Shown: piece after piece, positions 60,300-64,000 of the stretch
Numbering within the stretch: the stretch's first letter is position 1
How the letters are laid out: the number at the start of each line of letters is the position of its first letter
Source of the DNA: Bugula neritina
Taxonomy: Eukaryota > Animalia > Bryozoa
Direction of reading: 5' to 3'
Length of the DNA stretch: 64,000 bases
NCBI GenBank assembly: GCA_964035545.1
Contig: OZ037769.1
Location: forward strand, 15,282,633-15,346,632
Translations under genes and position numbers: made by a program
The notes under the pieces: model-generated
What the model was told of the DNA's origin: nothing
Seen by the model: the letters and a program-made list of their open reading frames with translations, nothing else
Database searches by the model: none

Positions 60300-61223
60300 C
60301 TACTTGGCATCTTTAGGATCTGAACTGACAGCGTCATCTTCTGCAAGAAAAAAAAATAATAAACTAACAAACAGTCCACATAAAAGCTTTAAGCATTTTG
60401 TGAAGATTTTTCAAGTGAAATGAAACTATGGCACAGAAAAATTAGCCCCTATGTATAAAGCTACCCAATATGCATAGGAAAAAGCATTACAACTGTTTGC
60501 TTTATACTTGTCAACTGCATACTGCTCAGAATAATGCCATACACCATGTAACTTTATAGCTTGTATACACTCTAGCCACAATAAAAAATTGGCTAAATAT
60601 GTACAATGAAAGTAATTATGAAAAGTAAAATGAAAAGGCAACTACAAAATTCTTGCCTCATAGTAATAGTTTGATTGTTTGGTTAACATAAATCTATATT
60701 ATATATTTATGTCCAGCCTAACAATCCTCAGATTTTAAGGTGAGAAAGCCGACTCAACAGTAAGTGTCGGTGGCTTGCAGGAACACTGTCATCAAGTGCA
60801 AATATTGCAGAAAAAAACTATCAACAACTTTTATTATTAAACTTTTCAGATAAAAAATATCAGTTGTACAAATATATCAACATTTCTGTTAAAAATGCAA
60901 AGGTGTTGACATTTTTGATTGGCTTATACTCAATTCCACTCACTGAATGATTAACTAAAAGCCAATAATATAGTTTTGACTTTATTGAAAATATATATAC
61001 ACACCATCTTTAGCCCACGGAAGCAATGTAACTTGTCTGTAAGCTAGTATGAATGCCAATATAGCCATTACAACCGAGTCACAGCCGCTTATCCCGGCCA
61101 ACAAGAAAGAATTTCCAACATTACAGAGACCAGGATCATAACTTGAAGATTGACAGACGTTGGCAATCGTCTGACCACCCCAACCAGTGGGAAAGAGAGC
61201 ACAAGCCAACCCCATTATTACAG
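60300..61223 (-). CDS. LHFPL/TMHS-family tetraspan protein, last two exons (partial)
   Basis: Exon 61223-61005 (LACALFPTGWGGQTIANVCQSSSYDPGLCNVGNSFLLAGISGCDSVVMAILAFILAYRQ) matches the LHFPL TM3-loop-TM4 pattern FP.GW....V...C....Y..G.C.V....LAI....D....FLAF.L..RQ. Last exon 60340-60300 (EDDAVSSDPKDAK*). Upstream exons not identified. Confidence 0.8.
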
Positions 61224-64000
61224 CTAAAATATAAACTGCAGTGATTGTAAAAGCAATTCTAATAGCTGATTGGACAATATTGGTCAAAAAAAAAGTTGGT
61301 GAGGACGGGAGTAGACTGAGCAAGGCAGCATTGCCCTTTTGGCAATTCTACAAAAAGGTTTCAACTAGCAATAAAGGTCTTGCTAAATATTTTTGCTTAG
61401 AATCTTTCAGTGGAATTGTTGTAATGGAACAATAACTGAAAGCTATATTTTTTATAACAAAGCTAAAAACAAATAAAATGCTGTACGAATGACAGGCAAT
61501 GGTGTTAAGAAAAGGGATATAAAAATCTTAAACTTGTTCTCAAAAATTGGCATGGCATTAGAAAAATTAACTCAGTTCACTGCACCACGGCCATCTGTAA
61601 ATGATGAACTTCAGTTGTTGTTGTAATGTTACACAGAGAGAAGTGTGCAGCAGGTGCACTAAAGTTTTCCCGGCATAGCATACACATCACTGCTAATGAT
61701 TGTTAGAGTTGCACTTATTTTGATCAAATTAAAAATTCATCAGATTAGTGTAAGCTGAACAATATTTGGTTGTAGCTCTGAAGCCACTTAGTTGTTCAGT
61801 CAGCACTATTTTTCACAATTATTATGTAATCATCAACACTAGATATGTATGAAGCCAAACAGTGGTTGATGGGGGCAGAAAGTGTGATCAACGCTTACAA
61901 CTAAGTATGTTCAAACAAAATTTTATTCACAAAAGAGTTATGTTTTAATAGATTGCTATTAAGCATTGCCCCATTATTTTTAATCAGAGATTAAGCTGTA
62001 GCTTCATTTGTCAACAACAAAAACTATACTAACAGCACATATCTACTACACAGGCACGTATTAAGCTTCACTAGTCAATTTCATGCCGTGAAAGAGGAGG
62101 AAAATATGACAGTGGGGATTTAAAATGCATATAAAAAAGGAATCAGGGGGAGTTGCCACATGCCGCTAAACTCAACACACTTAGTTATTAGCTTGTGTTT
62201 CAACAAGAATTTTAAAATTAGCAATGGTGAAAGCTACTGAATAGTCAATGATGGATTTGGTAGACCATTTCAAAGGTCTTAATAACTTATATAAGTTATG
62301 TAGAACAATAAAAAAGGTTACATAACAAAGCTAGTAGGTAAGTATGCATACATAACATCTAACCAAAAATGCTGCATTAGTAAGTAAATATTTCAAAGGC
62401 AAGAAACCAATTCCTCAAAAAGTGAAAGACCAAAACCAAGGTTATTACATAACAGCCATAGAATTTCATTCAGAGATATTGACAGTAGATATGTTGAAAT
62501 TAGAGATACACATACCATAAACATGGTGAACAGCAGAAGCTCAGACTAAGAGGTTGTGCTTGTGTTTCAGTGAATTTGTGCTTCCAAAACAACTTCACAA
62601 TATGGAAGAAATTGAATCATTTCATCAGGCAAGGCAATTGAAATGGAAGGTAATTAAATCAGATAGATACAGATTGCAGTGACCTTCAACAGTTAGAAGA
62701 TAATTACTTTCTTTCAGAGTTTAGGACTAAAGTTGCCATAGCAGCAGCTTAATATTTTCTGCGCCACTTGTTATGAATAGATATTCCAATTTATGTACCT
62801 TTAAACCTAAAGAGATCAAAAAGACCTTTGTGAAGTTACTATTCACAAATCAATTAGATACAACTACTGTAAACGTAGAAGCAAGTAAAGTCTGTATAAG
62901 ATATAAATAAATTGAGCTGTTTTTGCAATTAATAAACAATCAATTTTGAGCACAATAAGAAATGAATAGGTATGAAATATACCATGAAATAAATTGGTGA
63001 AGATAAAATTTAAATGAAACTACAAAAATCACTCAAAAATTCCTTTTTTCAGAAAAGACATTTCTGTTTTTGTTCAGATTTTGAGGTGGGAAAGCAATTA
63101 TTCAAAAAAAGTCTCATTAGCCCATGAAAACACTGCCATAAGTGTGGATATTGCAAAAAAATTCTCAAGAAATCTTGTTAAACCTTTTTCTTTGTATGTT
63201 TAGTAATCAAGTTTAGTGTGAAATTTATTGTCAAAAATGCAAAGGTGGTGAGGGTTTTTTTACATTTCAATTGGCTTATACCTAATCTTATTCTCTTAAT
63301 GATCAACCCAAAACCAGTAAGTTATTTCTGGCGTTATAAAAAATGGCATTGCTAGCTATACCATAAGCAAATATAAAAATGTGAAAATTTGTCTTGGTTA
63401 AACCAAATCATAGAGCTCCGGTTGTCATTAGTCAGCCCATGGAAGTCAGTCTGAATTCTGTAATCAGGTGGTTTTGTTGGTCCTAGAGTATAGCATCATT
63501 TTTCTCTCACATAATGCTGTCAACACAGCCCACCTGGCCCCATTCAATTTATCCCGTAAACCTGTGATGTATTCATGGTAATAATATCTATTCACTTTCG
63601 ACAACATTATTGTCCGGGATAATGCACATGCTTTCACCACATTCAATACGAGGCAGCCTGAGGCAAGTCGTGTAGCCTTTATCTGACCTTAGTAAAACTT
63701 GGCACCACTGTAAAGCTACACTTAACTATGTGTTGCATTACATTACAGGAACACAATTGACAATAAAACTTCAAAAAAAACTTCAACATATTGAGGGAAA
63801 TGAATGAAGTAAACTTTACTTTTATTAAAATGAAAAAGTTAAATTTTAGCTGCAGAATTTGGTGGCTGAAAGATGAATAATAAATAAACCTTGACCAAAG
63901 TTAGTTTTACAAGTTGTTATAAGAACACAGAACAAATCAAGAACTTAGCAAACTACATATACATACACAAAACCTACCATTCAGAGACATAATCCATCCA

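Noticed and set aside
63400-63720. Possible upstream LHFPL exon
   Set aside because: No frame gives LHFPL-like sequence, and stops occur in the candidate frames.

Overview
AT-rich, intron-rich invertebrate-type eukaryotic DNA dominated by three tandem gene families with many transposable elements between them. (1) + strand, 2.8-23.7 kb: an array of 4-exon secreted ependymin-related (EPDR) genes, comprising three intact copies, one copy lacking exon 1 and one orphan exon. (2) - strand, 24.4-45.5 kb: an array of 9-coding-exon SLC16/MCT-like MFS transporter genes, comprising two intact copies, one 3'-fragment pseudogene and one copy with a single 4-bp frameshift. (3) + strand, 52.4-59 kb: a Shisa-like single-pass membrane gene with an Arg/Ser/Tyr-rich ectodomain, plus a decayed duplicate. 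The last two exons of an LHFPL/TMHS-like gene lie at 60.3-61.2 kb (- strand). Mobile DNA includes: the 3' end of a Penelope-like (Naiad-type GIY-YIG) element with a type I hammerhead ribozyme; a ~270-bp highly structured, non-coding hammerhead-bearing element (retrozyme-like or solo pLTR) inserted into (TA)n microsatellites, with a second truncated copy; a 5'-truncated RTE LINE; an ISL2EU-like THAP/HTH transposon with ~880-bp TIRs; several MITEs; and two tRNA-derived SINE families. A perfect 176-bp spacerless palindrome sits in one transporter promoter. All gene models were spliced by hand from GT/GC-AG signals and paralog comparison; no database searches were run.
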